The notes under the pieces are model-generated. The model worked only from the letters and a program-made list of their open reading frames with translations, did not search any database and had not been told where the DNA came from. A program made the translations under genes and the position numbers. Below, piece by piece: positions 13,801-35,200 of a stretch of 64,000 bases of DNA (its first letter is position 1; each line of letters begins with the position of its first letter). This DNA comes from Bugula neritina (lineage: Eukaryota > Animalia > Bryozoa): NCBI GenBank assembly GCA_964035545.1, contig OZ037766.1, positions 7,244,722 to 7,308,721 on the forward strand. The letters run 5' to 3'.

Positions 13801-14028
13801 ATGCAGTTTAAGATTCTGTTAGGGGCAGTTATGTTACAGATAAGTTATTGAAGACATTTATATATTTTTAAAATCTGAAGTTAATGTGCCTTTTTCTATC
13901 TATATGCAGATACAGAATGGATGACGTGGACATGTGTAGGAGCATGTGCTGTGGCAGTACCAATGCTATACTTCATGAAAGAACACTTTTATAGATTAGA
14001 TATAGACACTCACATTATTGAGGAATGA
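6439..14028 (+). CDS. SLC49A4: SLC49A4/DIRC2-like lysosomal MFS transporter, paralog 2, complete (477 aa)
   Basis: Exons 6439-6760, 7641-7728, 8426-8589, 9738-9803, 10263-10310, 11336-11465, 11700-11808, 12433-12631, 12962-13150, 13910-14028 = 1434 nt, all GT-AG and in frame. Motifs YKRRWWVL, WNTWSPI, WFPTSERTIAT, YFPANPPKPP, PLYYELAC..FPVDEG, RLDID; N-terminal acidic dileucine ESSELL. Confidence 0.9.
7149..7259. repeat. ~51-bp-arm fold-back inverted duplication at a SINE 5' end
   Basis: 7149-7199 (aacatattttgaaacagtaggaatatgagcaaagagagcagcaatgatcta) is the imperfect reverse complement of 7209-7259. Confidence 0.8.
7183..7436 (+). mobile_element. tRNA-derived SINE family A, copy interrupted by the inverted duplication
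   Basis: Shares GAGCAGC..TG.TCTAG/GGGGTTA..., AAAGGCCATTG..GATGTTAGGAAGAGCAT.CAGTCATAATTGCT and the CAGGGGTTTT..CAGGG tail with the copies at 9472, 18385, 24495 and 36912. Confidence 0.75.
9472..9675 (+). mobile_element. tRNA-derived SINE family A, degenerate copy
   Basis: GGTCATTGGGGATGTTAGAAAGAGCAATCAGTTATAAC core and TTCCATCAGGGATTTT...AGGGATAACGACTATA tail. Confidence 0.7.
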
Positions 14029-15513
14029 TAACTCTTAATAAAATTCATACATAGCCGAGTAAAGAATGCATTTCACCAAATTTAAGTCTTATGGTTGACG
14101 GGTTTTGTAGTTGTAGGTGAGAATGTAGCCATTTAGAACTAACTGTGCAATCCGTTGTGTCTATTTTGCTATTTTTTGCTTTTGAAATTTTTGCTGCACA
14201 AGCTAAAATACTGCTGGCTATATGCAATCAAATAAATTATGGGTTTGAAAAGCCTCACCTTTAATTAGGAAAGTTTACTAATGTTATTTACTTCAATGGA
14301 GCTTCATATTTGCTAATTGCTAATTTCATCGTTTTTGTAAAAATCGTATTTAAATAAGAAAGGAAAGTTTCAAAACAGCAGCTGTTTTAAGCAATCAGAC
14401 AAAATAAATTTAATGCTGTTTATGCTGTCTTTGCTTTATTAGATTCTAAGACTAGTTGAAGAGTTTATGATAGTTTATTGGTCTAGATATCAAAGGTCCA
14501 CTGTTAATAGATCTACAAGCACAAACTGACTATTATGAATAGCACTAATAACATAGTATAAACATTTATATATCAAGACAAAGCATATTTAGCATATCAT
14601 CTACAAATGACTAGAATATAACTACAGCTAGAACACATTATTAAAAAAACTTGCTGTAAAAACCAACTGGGTCATTTAGTAATTTTACCTTTTGTACTAA
14701 AGATCAAGTGCAGTCTATGCAGTGGATATAACTCCAAACAGTAACGTAAGTAAAATATTATTTTGATCATCACTTTGTTCAAATAAATACTGCCATTCTC
14801 TTGTGCTAAATTAGGATTAATTAGAAATACAGTTACATGGCATTGTATTTCTATAGGAGTCCGCCACAACTTATTTGAATAAGTACCGTACCGCAACACC
14901 ATACAGGAAGCTCAGACATTTGTAAAAATGGCTGATATTTGCTGTTACGGCGTACGATACGGTAAGTGTGAATAGGGGGTTAGGGTTGAGGCACCCCAGC
15001 CGTCTCTCTTTGACCTATGCAATCCTGACACTGCTAATGATCTGTCCACTTTATAAAATCATGGTAACTGGTGCACAACAACCCATGCATGTATTTAATA
15101 AGGACTGCATCTACATTATTGTAAAAATAGCATGTCATGTGTGCATGCATGTGGTGTAACATGTGTGGGCAGAATATAAAAATCTCTCATCATTTGTGTT
15201 ATTTTATCTCTTATTGTAGTAATCACAGCAATTATTCACATGATTAGTTATTGTAATGCAGTTATATATAAGTTGTTATTTTATGCCTAGATATTGTATT
15301 ACATCAGCATCATATGATGACAAGAGATTATCACTCACACTCACGCGAAGATAAGCTGTTTTATCAATAAGGTTTGCCTCAGTACCACTCCAACAAAGTA
15401 TCAGGAAGCAGGCCAGTTATTTAGTCTTATAAAATCATTTTTAGTCTATTTGATCATAATATGTCATTTTAAGATGAAGAAAATGTAATAAATTTGGGTG
15501 GACTAATTTTACA

Positions 15514-22402
<6,889 letters not shown>

Positions 22403-24494
22403 GCAGCTGCTAATATTCTCAACAGCTCATGTCTACACCATGCATAGCATGAAAATTCAACAGCCTTATTTACTGGTTATATACTTCTGTTGTTATTATG
22501 GGTACTTGAAAAGCTTAATTTATAATTAAAATTAAATTTTAAAATCCGGGTGAAATATATTTTTTTACATCTTGTTTTCTGACACTCATGTTTTAGATCA
22601 TTTTTATCATTACTTTTTGATATTATTATCATCATTAACTTTGATCTTTTTGTGGGTTGATAACTATTTTGTATTCTATTTAATTTTAGCAGCTCTTTAT
22701 TTTGCTCATCTCAAAAGTATATGTAAAGCTTCCAATGACTCAATATGCTATAAAAGTTTATAGATAAGACTTTTGAATACTCAATACAGTTTGGTTTACA
22801 ACCATTCATTCACTCTGTAGCATCTAACTAAAACATTGGTAAGAGTTATCTCCCCGCAAATACATGGCACGAGATATGTGCAAGATAAAGTATGGAAAGG
22901 GAAAGCAACTCCATTACCTTGACTATATAATCGTGTATGAAACCTACCATTCTAATGAGCCGCATCAATATTTATGTATGATTTATTAGCTTATAGTGAG
23001 AATATCATGTCAACGAATTATTTAAAAGACCATTAAAATTTAGAAAGCTTAAGTTAGTATATAATAGCTACTGTAGGTTAGAATCACTGAAGTGTATAGT
23101 TGGCTAGTAGCATTGCTAGTAATCACATGTATAGCCTAAGTGATGAATCTATGATTGGTGGTGTCGAAGAGGATAGTTGACTGCAACCACCCATCTTGTT
23201 CCTTTGTTTTCAGATGTACATTATATTTGATGGCTAAAAATGCGTGACCAAGCTGTGCAGTTTATTAATCATCAGGTGAATATTAACCAGTTAGGAATTT
23301 CTTAAGAGCCTGCACAAAGTGCTGAGTACCTTCTGTAGTGTAACACCCTCCCCCCACCCCCTCTCCACACAGTTGTCAAAGATTTACAGCCCTGTCACTA
23401 CTGCAGTAATTAGTGTCTCACCCTTATTCTGCTCTACCGAACTTGGAACTCTGGCTGTTTCAAATAAACTGGCAAATCTTTTTTACATTTGTCAAACATA
23501 TAAGCATTTCTCAACATGTTAGCATATTATGCTGTGATTATTTTTACGGTGGATATACATTTTTGTAGCTCTAAATGGCTGTGCGTATCTCTAGTATGCA
23601 CCATGCCATGATGTGACACACATTGTTGCTAGAAGATAACATTGTGGGCAGTCTGCTTTGGTAATTGGTAGACTATGCTATATATATGAATTGTGTTATA
23701 GATTAGCTATTAGTTTAAATATCATCAAAAATTTCCACTCTTACATTTTTCAACACCAGATCTGTAATAGCAATTATAGTATAGATACTCTGTTATTTTG
23801 TGCTAATATAGTCATGTTATGCTGCTACAGCAGTACAAGGATGTAAGAGTATAAAGTTATGAAGTCATGCCTATCAAGTAACATACTTATGCAGTAATTA
23901 CATCTTGTATAACATACTTACTGCAAGCATTCTATAACTTAATTATAGAAAATCAATAAAACCATTTGTTTGACTTGCAATGCATACTCCATGTCTTTGA
24001 GTGTCATATGCACATAGTTGGTTAGTTGAAGTAATAGCATTACTGAACTGGAATATTATGGCATATGGCATATGGCATATTTCACTATTTACCCTTTGCA
24101 CTAGTAGCTTAACATGAGAGGGAAACTTGTAGTATTTATTTTGGTTTGTGATTTCTTTCAACTGTGAACAAACTTCAACTGCATTTGCAGTTTGAAGTTG
24201 CTTTTTCTTGTCAAATCGAAACAATAGTACAATTCTGCACCACTATTCTGATTACTTGTGTGTCTTTTGCAAAGGTGACACTGGCTGTGACATTGTTAAT
24301 GTTTGGGAACTTTGTGACTCAATGCACAATCAAGAATGCTGGCTAGTAGGTGGTAAGCTACCAGATGCATAACAAGACTGCTATTCATGTTAAATCACTA
24401 CAAATAGCCATAGCCTGTTAACTTTTAAGATTGAATATACCTACAGCAAAGCAGTTTCATTAATGTCCCTGGTTGTTAGGTCTCAGGTTTAGTA

Positions 24495-24696
24495 GGAGCA
24501 GCTGTGGTCTAGGAGTTAGAGGGTTTGCCTAGTAAGCACGAAGTCATGAGTTGGAACCCAACAAAGGCTATTGGTGATGTTAGGAAGAGCATCCAATCAT
24601 AATTGCTCCTGTGCTTCATGTCCTTAGCCTTATTTAGCAAAAAAACTCTTTTCATCAGGGTTCTCTCACAGGGATGGCAACTATAAACTTGCGGGA
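24495..24696 (+). mobile_element. tRNA-derived SINE family A, full length with TSD
   Basis: Same head, core and tail; 14-bp TSD gttaggtctcaggt (24475-24488) / gttaagtctcaggt (24697-24710). Confidence 0.85.
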
Positions 24697-26260
24697 GTTA
24701 AGTCTCAGGTGCAGCATTTCTACCTGCTTGTTTGACTGGTGCAGATGATTATGAGCAAGGAATTATCTGCTCTTTAATGTGGAGCAGATATTCCTAAGGC
24801 TTTGCAAAGACCTTACTGCGAGTTTAGAAACAAAAGCTTGGTGGAACTTCCATAACAACTAAATTTACAAAAGCTACAGACTAATCGAATTTGGTATATA
24901 ATTTCTTGAATCTCGCCAGCTGGTTTGAACACGTTTTTTTCAAATTTGCTAGATTTCTGCTATATTTGAAGTTTCGATTCAAGAGGCAACAACTTCCTAT
25001 TTCAGTTTCATACTGACGCCAGGACTAATTGGTACGTGACAGTTTGTAGCGATGTTTGCCTATTTTGCAACCTATAAGTTCGTATGCTACTATAGACAGA
25101 AGACTCTATACTCTTGCAGTCTACACAGTATTCTGCAGTTATATTGATGCCACATAAACTAACACCCTTTACTATGATATAGCAGCCAGCATGTTGGTTA
25201 TGAAAGCAATATGGCAGCAAGCCAGCTATAATCTCTAATGTCTCATACCAACATTCTGAGTAACTCTATCTGGTGGCAAAACATATCTTTTGTTTTTCAT
25301 CTTTGCAGATATTTAATGAATCAGTTTCCAGTATTTATGGTTGCTTTGATGGTTTATGGCAGCTAAGCTGCTAGAGTCATTATGGTGACCATGTAGTTAG
25401 ACATGTACACAGCTGTGGTTAAGGCAGCCTTCATAAGTGGGATCGGCAGTATAGGAATAAAATTATGGTTAGCAGCATTGAAATCTAGTTCAGTAACATT
25501 TAAATGGTTTGTCAACTACCAAAAATATCATTAAATGTTTACATGAAACCCGATTGCCAAAGTTGCCACTTTACCTGCTTCACACTACTTCAACTGACCT
25601 ACTAAATTAAGCCTTCAGTTACATTAGTTGCTGTCAAGCCTACTAACCACCCCTATGAACAACATTACCATCATAAGAGAAAGTAACACGTTCAGATAAT
25701 TAGATGAGGCAGGATAATTATAGCCAGTCACGAAGCATTCCATAATTATAGATTGTGCAAGAGATATCTGCCACACAACGCAGTCATTGTGCTATATATC
25801 ACCGTGCAATCTGTAAGTTACTATCTATAAACCAGTGTGAATAGCCTTTAGATATATAAGCTTCATTTATTACAGACATCAAACTCTAACACACAATGCA
25901 GTCCTTTTGTTACACAAATGAATGGTAGACTTCAAGTGGTTTAGTAGCACTAAATAAATTAAGTAACATGTTTCTAGAAAATGAGACATCAAAATAAAGC
26001 TGTGATTGTGACACGAAGCTATTTTCAAAGTGCAGACAGAATAAAATTATACGTTATACATGTTGTGAATATATTATATTTAATAGAAATGACAAGAATT
26101 TAAGATCTTTTGTGGGTATATTGGCTTTTGCAGAAGTGGAATATGCAATGAACTATTTGAGCAATTTTTACACTTTAAATAAAATGTTACGTAAAATAAT
26201 AATTAATAGCAACAATATAAAATAATAGTCGCATAGTTGACTGCTTAGAGGAGATGATCC

Positions 26261-26736
<476 letters not shown>

Positions 26737-27107
26737 TCAAAAGATTTAAATTCAAATCACTCACATATGAATCCATACAGGTAATATTCCACTCTAACTA
26801 TAGCAAGTCACTAATTAGCATAGAAATAAAACTGAGTAGATAATGCTACCAAACAAAATACGGGATATATCCTGTAAACCTAGAGTCATAACCCATGAGA
26901 GGACATGGGTACAGGTAGTACTAGTACTAGAAACCACCCGCTACCACCAAGTCCAACTCCAAGTCTAGCCTCAGTCCAGGGACTGTGAGTTTTCAAACAT
27001 TATTAATAATTGAGAGCTACAATTGTCATTGCTGCAATGTAAAAAAATCGAGCAAAACCTAACAATAGGCACACTAATGACACCATTTATAACATTTGTA
27101 GCCTTAC

Positions 27108-27225
27108 CAAGTTTAGAGATTTCTATCAAGAACACAAAGCAGAATCTGGCACCTACTAACTAAAGTAAAGGAGGTTGTGCGAAGAGTATATTTATACAGC
27201 CGGAAACTGTAGGCGGGGCTATATA
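27108..27225 (-). promoter_or_regulatory. Putative core promoter and non-coding first exon of beta-thymosin
   Basis: On minus: GC box (GCCCCGCC), an ETS-like TTTCCGG, TATAAATA at ~27189-27196, then a short leader ending at the donor G|GTAAGG (27108/27107), which could splice to the acceptor at 26712-26713. Confidence 0.55.
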
Positions 27226-28089
27226 TTATGCTTTGATTGGCTTAACAAATATCGACAGTAATTCTTCTAGTAAAAGTAATGCTTAAGACAAAGTAGGTAT
27301 GAAATAATTTAACCTAGGCGATAATTATAGGCGCCTCTTGTCCAAATCATTTTTAACTAATGGTTTTGCTTTAGTAATCAATATATTGTATAATAATTTT
27401 GTGACACTGTAATCATTGTGACAAAAATGTAATAAGCATACCTCAAACTTATTAATATGACTAAGGGACATTAATAAGCACACTTTAATTTAGCTTCAAA
27501 TGAAGAAAACTATTATTAGTTGAATGTCTTAAAAATTTAAAGTACTTAAGATAATAGTTTAGATTGTCAGCTATAAACTGCATTGTATTATGTGGAAGTG
27601 TGTGAATATAAGTTGAAGAGCATTTTACTTACTTCTTAAAATGTTGATATCAAAATTTGTAGCAAACTGTTTCAATGGCAAATAGTTATATAGAAGCCAC
27701 TCACGTTACGTGCGCCTATTGTTGATTTAGCGTCACAAGTTGGCTTCACAAATATTTTTAATATTTTAAATGATTGTTAGAGATAGCAAATATTTGAAGT
27801 TATACAGTACAATATGAACCAAGAGAGAAGTGGGTCATCTAAAATCTAGGAAGTTAGTGCATGGCCAGCTCGCAACTTACAAGCCGTGACCTTAATTTAG
27901 AAACCATCGCCAGCTCATTCCAAAAAGCCATTCACCCTCAACTGTGCACGGGTTATTATGCTAGGATACTAGTTTTGCACAAACTTAAACATTGCTTTGC
28001 ACAGAATAACGTAGTGCATCTTTCCACAGAGCAGAAAATACATAACTATATTTTAATAAACAGTAAAAACATGAGCTAAAAAGCAGTTA

Positions 28090-28312
28090 TAGTCATTATA
28101 TACTAGTAGTATGTGCTATAGCCAGTACATGCTACTAGCCAGTACATGCTACTAGTCAGTACATGCTATAGCCAGTACATGCTACTAGTCAGTACATGCT
28201 ACAGTCAGTATATATGCTATTAGTCAGTATATGCTATAATATAGTCATTATACCCAGTATACATTCCATATAGTCAGTGAATGCTAGAAGCAGTTCAACA
28301 TGCTAGTAGTCA
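28090..28312. repeat. Minisatellite, 15-17-bp unit TAG(T/C)CAGTACATGCTA(C)
   Basis: About 7 near-perfect units at 28117-28237 with decaying flanks. Confidence 0.85.
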
Positions 28313-31300
28313 GCAAATTCCACAGCTAACTTGTCTGACCTTGTCTAGCATGCTTCAACCCACTACAATTTTGTAAAAAGAAATTGCGCAAAAACTATTA
28401 GTTTTTTTATGAAAATATGATGGAATGATCTTTCACTAGTCTTGGCCAACACACGTTCAAGAAGGGTTATTATAATGAGATCTAAGGGTATTTCTATAGA
28501 AGTGGAATTTCATAGTACCTCAGTGAACCTCATTTTATTTACGTTCAAGGCAATAAATCATCTACAGCCCAAAAGGCAGCATTAGAACTGGCATCAGTTG
28601 TTTACTCAAAGCTGCGCTTATGTGAGTGCACATAGGAAATAGCATAAAATAAAACTACAAATAAATTATGGCAATTTAAAGCTTAATGCTATAAAATACA
28701 GCTGTATACAATACTTTGCAAGAAGTACATGAGCATAGACGAATGCTTATTAACATTTTTGAGGATTCAAACCTGTAAGTATAAGTAGTTCGTTCCTAAA
28801 GGGGTCAAAGCTATGGGACTACATTACTGTTTAAATGAAAAACTGTTGTAGAATCGAAAGGCTTGATTTTAGCCAAGATTGCTGGTCATTTTGATTTAAA
28901 AGTCATCAACCGCCTTCTCTACACGTGAAGCATCAGCCATAGCAAAAGTAATTTTGCTGGTTCTGTTTCACAGCACATTATCGAAATCCCTTGAAACTAA
29001 TTTACCCTGAGGGCCATTGTTCGAGTTGGTTATGTAAATGTTCTAGCTCTACTATAACATCACATTGTAAAACCACTTCAGAGCCACAAGAGATAGAGTT
29101 GAGTAACCTAATTGATTGATTTGCCTATCTATCTAGCTAATACTTATATTCCCTATACATACTCCACAGCACCACTACAAGCACTCGCTGTATCAAGATG
29201 AGCTACTCAACGTCAGTGCAAACATACAATGTTCCTCTACTAAGTGGACATGTGAACAGTTATTGGATTTTGGACAAGTCAATTTTATGGTTTAGTTTCA
29301 AGTTGATAGAAGAAGCCAATAATTTAGTGCCCAGTCACTGAAGTTGGTAGAGACAAACAGTCAAGGCTAAACACAGTTACTAAGCTTCTTACTCAAATGC
29401 AGACATGCCGGCTTTGGTTTTAGTAATAGTTTTTGTCATGGAAAGACAACTTTGAGCTTTACAAATATATTTAAACCACACATTGCTATAATCAAAAGTT
29501 GGATGTATTGCAGCGTATACTATTGTATATAAATGTCTACCATGAAATGAGATACACTATGTAAACCCATATATCTAGCTACAAGTATACAGGCACATAA
29601 GATGACTGCTAGATTACTATAACAGCTGCAATTTTATTTCTTTCCAGGTGGTGCCATAATATATCTTGCTTATTGGTTATTGCTTATAGGACTAAGAGAA
29701 GAGCCTTTACCATCTTCTAATATAATACTGAGATTTACTGGCCATTTTACTTCCATGATACCTGCAGTTACTTGCATTATAAATCAGCAAGCTTTTTCTA
29801 TTGGGGTTATGCACCTTATGGCATGATCGAATGACCTTGTGATTTCTGTTTATTTCTCCATCAATTACAATTTTTAACATCAAATTGTAAATTATGAGGA
29901 AACTACAAGTAAAACATAGGAGCTCTTTATGTTGGGGAAGCATTGCTCACTATTGATCTCTAATCATATCTTAAACAAATAACTAACCCATTAGTCAGAT
30001 TCAATCAACACTATAATATTAGTCTACCATCATTCATTTTATAGTTTTGCAATAAATTGCTTTGAATTAAATCAGACCTCAGCCAATTACAGCTGTTTGT
30101 ATCTTTTGTGTGTACTGAATCATATTATTATAATTAGTTTACCACAGCAGCCTCTATCTGATACAGTTGGCAGCAGTTAATTTCACATTAATATTTATTA
30201 ATCACTGCAATTGATGCTTACAAAGGCTTCACAGAAAGCTGAATCATCAGAACAAAGACATAATAATATGCTAGCTTCACGACACTGAAGTCTGCTGAGA
30301 AATGTAGGTCAGCAGCAGCTGCGAGACTGCTGGGAACTAGGATATATCAATGCCAACATCTGCCATGTCATGTCTAGCTTAGTATAGTATGTTGTTTACT
30401 AAACAGGCTTACTGTCAGAGCTGCTGCTAGAGGGACAAACAGGAATAGTACAACTTACTAGCTAGTGAAATGATTGCTGATAACTAATAATTAAAGGAAA
30501 TGCTGCTGCTGGTTTTATATTCCCATCCAATACTCTAAACTCTAAAGTCTAAACAAGCAAATAGAAATCTAATGAGATGCAGATGCAGTTTTCCAGATAG
30601 CCTAAATTCTAATCAACATGTGTAGCATGAGAAGTTGTCTGATAATGAAATCTTGTAACCTTAATCTAAGCCCAAACTACAAGTTATAAACTCGAGCTAA
30701 GAACAAATCCACATCACTCGGTCTGCTTTTCGATAGGTTTTATGAACAGGCAGTAGGAAAGCAATAAGTCTAGATTAAAAATTTAAAGTTTGAGTTGGTA
30801 CTGACTAGGTATCTAAAAATCTGTTCCTAGGATACTATGAAATCCTAATCATGCTATCATGTGCAACTTTCTCAATTTGTCTTTGAAAAAATATCCAGTT
30901 TTTAAAGCCAATTAGCAAAGTAAACCATCCCCAAGTCATATATAATCACAATGATAATATAACATCCTTGCAAACTCAGCACCTCAAATTTTTTGAATTT
31001 TAACAATAGTCCCTTGTTGATGGATCTACTAAGCAATGAACAATATCAATAGAATAAAACTAAATGGCTGTAGAGTAATATGTTTAGACTACATTATAAC
31101 AACATATACATGTTCGGTCAAGCAAAAAATAGCTAGTTCTAAAGCTTGTGATCCTGAGTGTATTGATGGAGGAATCTATTCACAAGTAAAATTCCACCAG
31201 TTTGGTCAGCTTTATAGCTCATCATACCATACTGATATCATTATTATGTCAAAGATAATGTGGATAACAATACTAAATGGACTAAAAATAAATTTGATAC

Positions 31301-32064
31301 AATACAATAGGGCAGAAATATTTTAACATCATATCAAATTTTGTAAAAGGAAGCAACTACACTGTGCCTGGGTTTCTTCTCTGGTGCCTAATCTATATGC
31401 TAGATTGGTGTTCAATGTTGAAGCTATCAAAATATATTGGGATGAGTAAACATCTATGCAAGCAGCAATTCCATGAAGTACCCGCAAACCAATAACTTTT
31501 TTGCAAGATTAATGTAATAACCGGAATAGTGACTATTTGAACTTTCATGTATTTAGATAACAGATGCATATATTAATAACATCAAGATTTACAGCCAAAT
31601 AAAACACTTCTATAATCAAAGCACCAGTGACTCTACTGTGCAGTCTGTAAGCTAAAAAAATAGAAATGACACAAATACCATTAGTTATCAGAACCTTGTG
31701 GCATTGCCACCAGCAGTGGCTTTTCATATATTAGTCCATTCCATCACTCATTACTTATATACAAGTGATGGCCATCTTATAACAGAAATGGCTGTAAACA
31801 CAATCATTAATCATATAACGTAGAAAATACTTAACATTGCACATTATGCTCAATGAACTGAGTTATAAAATATAAATAATACTAATAGATGATAATTTCA
31901 ATTTAATGAGACAAACTGCAAAAATACAGCATGGTCTTTGAATCCAATGCCTGCAAGTTGTATGAGTAATGTAAAAAATTATATTAGAATAGTGTATATA
32001 TGATTCTCCTACTAACTCTGCTGCATATAGTAAGACTACAGAATGCCTTCCCTGTGTGTCAGTC

Positions 32065-32159
32065 AGCTATGAGCTGCCACTGGAGCTATGAGCTGCCAGT
32101 AGAGCGCTGCCAGTAGAGCACTGCTGTTAGAGCGCTGCCAGTAGAGCGCTGCTGTTAGA
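32065..32159. repeat. GC-rich 14/19-bp minisatellite in the proximal 3'UTR of neuralized
   Basis: agctatgagctgccactgg / agctatgagctgccagtag / agcgctgccagtag / agcactgctgttag / agcgctgccagtag / agcgctgctgttag. Confidence 0.85.
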
Positions 32160-32211
32160 AAGACTCATTCTTCATCTTTAAATATTTTGCACAGTTCTCT
32201 CACTTAACACT

Positions 32212-35200
32212 TTATGATTTGAATATTCGAATTACATCCTTGATGTCTTGTCTGCATATTGGACACAAAGGATCGGCACTAGCTTTGACTTGCACTGCAC
32301 AGTTGTAGCACATGCACATATGACCACAGGTGTACACCACACTGTCACACACATTCTCAAAGCACACCGTGCATTCATTGGCCATGTTCTGGCTAGATTC
32401 ATCAATATCCTGAGAGGGTGAAGAAAATGAAACTGGACTGCTGACGGCATTGGCGGAGAAACCATCATAAGAAGTAGCAGCTCTCTGAAGTCGGGGCGGT
32501 ACCGGTGGTGCCCCCGCTAAAGATAGATCTTTTATTGGAGGCAAGGCCACAGTGAGAGAAGCTGCGGCAGCAGGAGAGTGCGCTGACTGAGGAGCGTCGG
32601 GCAGACTGTTTGACCTCAGCTGCAGCAGCGGCCTGTCAGACACAGGAAGTGGGTGAGCAGAGGCTCTACTCTTTGGCTTTAAAGGAACCGCAATACCTAA
32701 ACATACAATTACAATAAAAATTTCAATTTATTCAGAATATACAAGCACAATGTTGCGAAGAAATCAGCAATATGAAACATATACAATACGACATACATTA
32801 CTCCATGTTAACAAGCTGTACAGCTACAGTCTCTATCTTGTAGGTTACAACAGATACTTAATCAACAGGTCACTATTTAGTTTCTATTGCTGCAAATATA
32901 CAGTCTTATTCAAACATTGATGCAACGCGGGGCAAAATAAAGCATCATCATTGCAAGCAGTGACTTAACATATGTTACTATGCCTATCATAAACAACTTC
33001 TCTAAAAAGAGAAATTATTCTCTTATATTTGCTAAGTTTTTTTCAAATAATGCAATGACAAATAAAAATTGAACTTTTAAATAACCAAATATTGCGATTG
33101 CATATTGTGATTGCCTATAGCATATAGTTGTGCAAACCAAATGCTTCATTCATACTACTTATTGAGTTAGTTTCATTTTTGGTATAAGTAACATATTTCT
33201 GTTCCTGAAGACAAGACAACTCCTATTAACTCTTGAAAAAATTTTTTATAGAAAGGGTGGCTGACAAATGGCTATGATTACGCCCACTGCTATCACATGA
33301 CCAGGTTTAGGTAGGCAAAGCTTCATCCAATCATTTCTAAGCTGGCACAACCCCAAACCCCACCATACTTACACACTGTCATATTATAAGTCTGCACTGC
33401 TATGCCCATTTTTTCAGCAGATGGCGACTGTTTTTAGAAGAAAAAGAAGAGGTTTCATAAAACTAAATACGAAAACTTAGTTTTTAGCTGAGTTATCAGG
33501 AAACTACAAAGCAATGCCTCACAGAAACTTACCCAATAACTTTATTTGACTGAACTGTCCATACAGATCCCAGAATATCCAAATAGGAATTGTCTTATCA
33601 ACATGTAAGATGGTTACAGCTGCGTTGGAATTCCGAGAAAACTTCACCTCACCTGTATTAGAAACATGATGAAAATAACTTTATGCAAATAAAACACTAT
33701 GAATCATCACATCTTACTGCAGTCTCTAACAGATGAATTAGACTGAATCTACTATCCAACATAACCGCTACATAACTTACAATCCCCATAAACAAAACGT
33801 TAATAAAATCCATCCAATACTCAGTTTTATTTATATTTAAAGCAAGCACCAATTGTTACAAGAAAGATGATGCAAAAAAAAAACCACGCTTGATCTCCTC
33901 TTTAATACAAGTTACAAGAAATCTGATTTCTTTCAGTCATCAAATTCTATTTATACAGAATTTTCTTGTAGTAGGAATGAGCAAACTAACCATCATTGGA
34001 TATGAACAAACTCAGCTCATCTCCAACTTCAGCAGAGGATATGACATCTTTGTGTACAATCCAATACTCTGGTCGATCCAGCAGCTTGTCGGAATCATCC
34101 GGTAAATCTTCTCTACTCAATGACGAAGGGTCACATGACGTCACACCCAGAGTTAAACCACCAGTGTATGATGCATCTATGCCTAACACCTGTAGGTACA
34201 AAATACATTGAGTGAGAAGCAGGGTCTGGAGATACTACAGACATTGTCCTAAAAATCTCGAAAGTGTACCAATACTAAATGCTATAAGTACGTTCAACTG
34301 TCTCCTCCTCTACAATAAACTTACTGACTAACCAATAAATGCTCATGTTGTAAAAAAAGAAGATAAATCCAATACAAGAACTAACTACGTGCATATTCCT
34401 ACTAGTAACTAACCTGGATAGTGGATACAAAGATTTTGTGAATTATAGACAAACTCAGCCCAAGGTAAACATTCACTCAAATGAATAGAATACTTTCAAT
34501 ATACACTTCAGTGAGTATTTAGAAATTGAAAAAAATTGATCTCGGATTACTTTTCTATAGCCAAAAAAATAGAGCATAAGGCTAAATTGAATTCTTTTAT
34601 ACATTGACCCGTATAGTTTCTGCTCAGCACCTATATATATAATTTAACAAGTACTATAAAGCATATTTCTAAGAAATTATTATGATGAACTTGAATTTTT
34701 ATCAGAGATTAAAAAGAATTAACAAATCTCTCACTTGAAGTTGCGTTTATACCTTCACGATTTTCGGTCAAAATTTCAATTTGGCCGGGTTGAAATTTCG
34801 CCGAGTTGCATTGCATTGTAAAAGCCACCCGTTGAAATTTTTGTACTGTGATAACTTTATCGGCCAATTTTAGAATAGGAGTAATAACTCCTTGTAAACA
34901 TCGTTATTTAGTTATTACTTTGGCGATTAGACAACGTACTTATACGGTTATAATTATATAGCCTACGCTTTCTCAATTATCGCTTTTATGCTTTCCGCTT
35001 CACTAATTCACGACGTTTACAAAGGGCATCAAATAGCTATTATGCGAGTCAAATTTCAATTTCAGTAAGTGAGCAACCGCATCAATATGATTTCAACGAG
35101 TTTCGGTTTGACTATAAAGGGGTACCTGGACAAGCATTATTAACTTAAACTCGGTACTTTTTTCAGCAGAGGTATAAACGCAACTTAAGTCTAACCAAAG

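Noticed and set aside
27933-27964. Helitron-like 3' end (GCACGGG...CTAG)
   Set aside because: The hairpin is imperfect and no matching 5' end or clear second copy could be delimited.
28090-28312. CRISPR-like array
   Set aside because: Head-to-tail minisatellite without unique spacers, in a eukaryotic context with no cas genes.
28530-32060. Brd boxes (TAAAGCT at 28677 and 31140) and K boxes (ATCACA at 29059 and 30945) in a putative long neur 3'UTR
   Set aside because: Counts are close to chance for ~3.6 kb of AT-rich DNA, and the UTR extent is unknown.
34710-35140. CpG-rich island in neur intron 5, sharing a GAGT(T/A)AT..C..C-like motif with ~4958 and ~22783
   Set aside because: Probably a non-autonomous DNA transposon, but termini and TSD could not be defined by eye.
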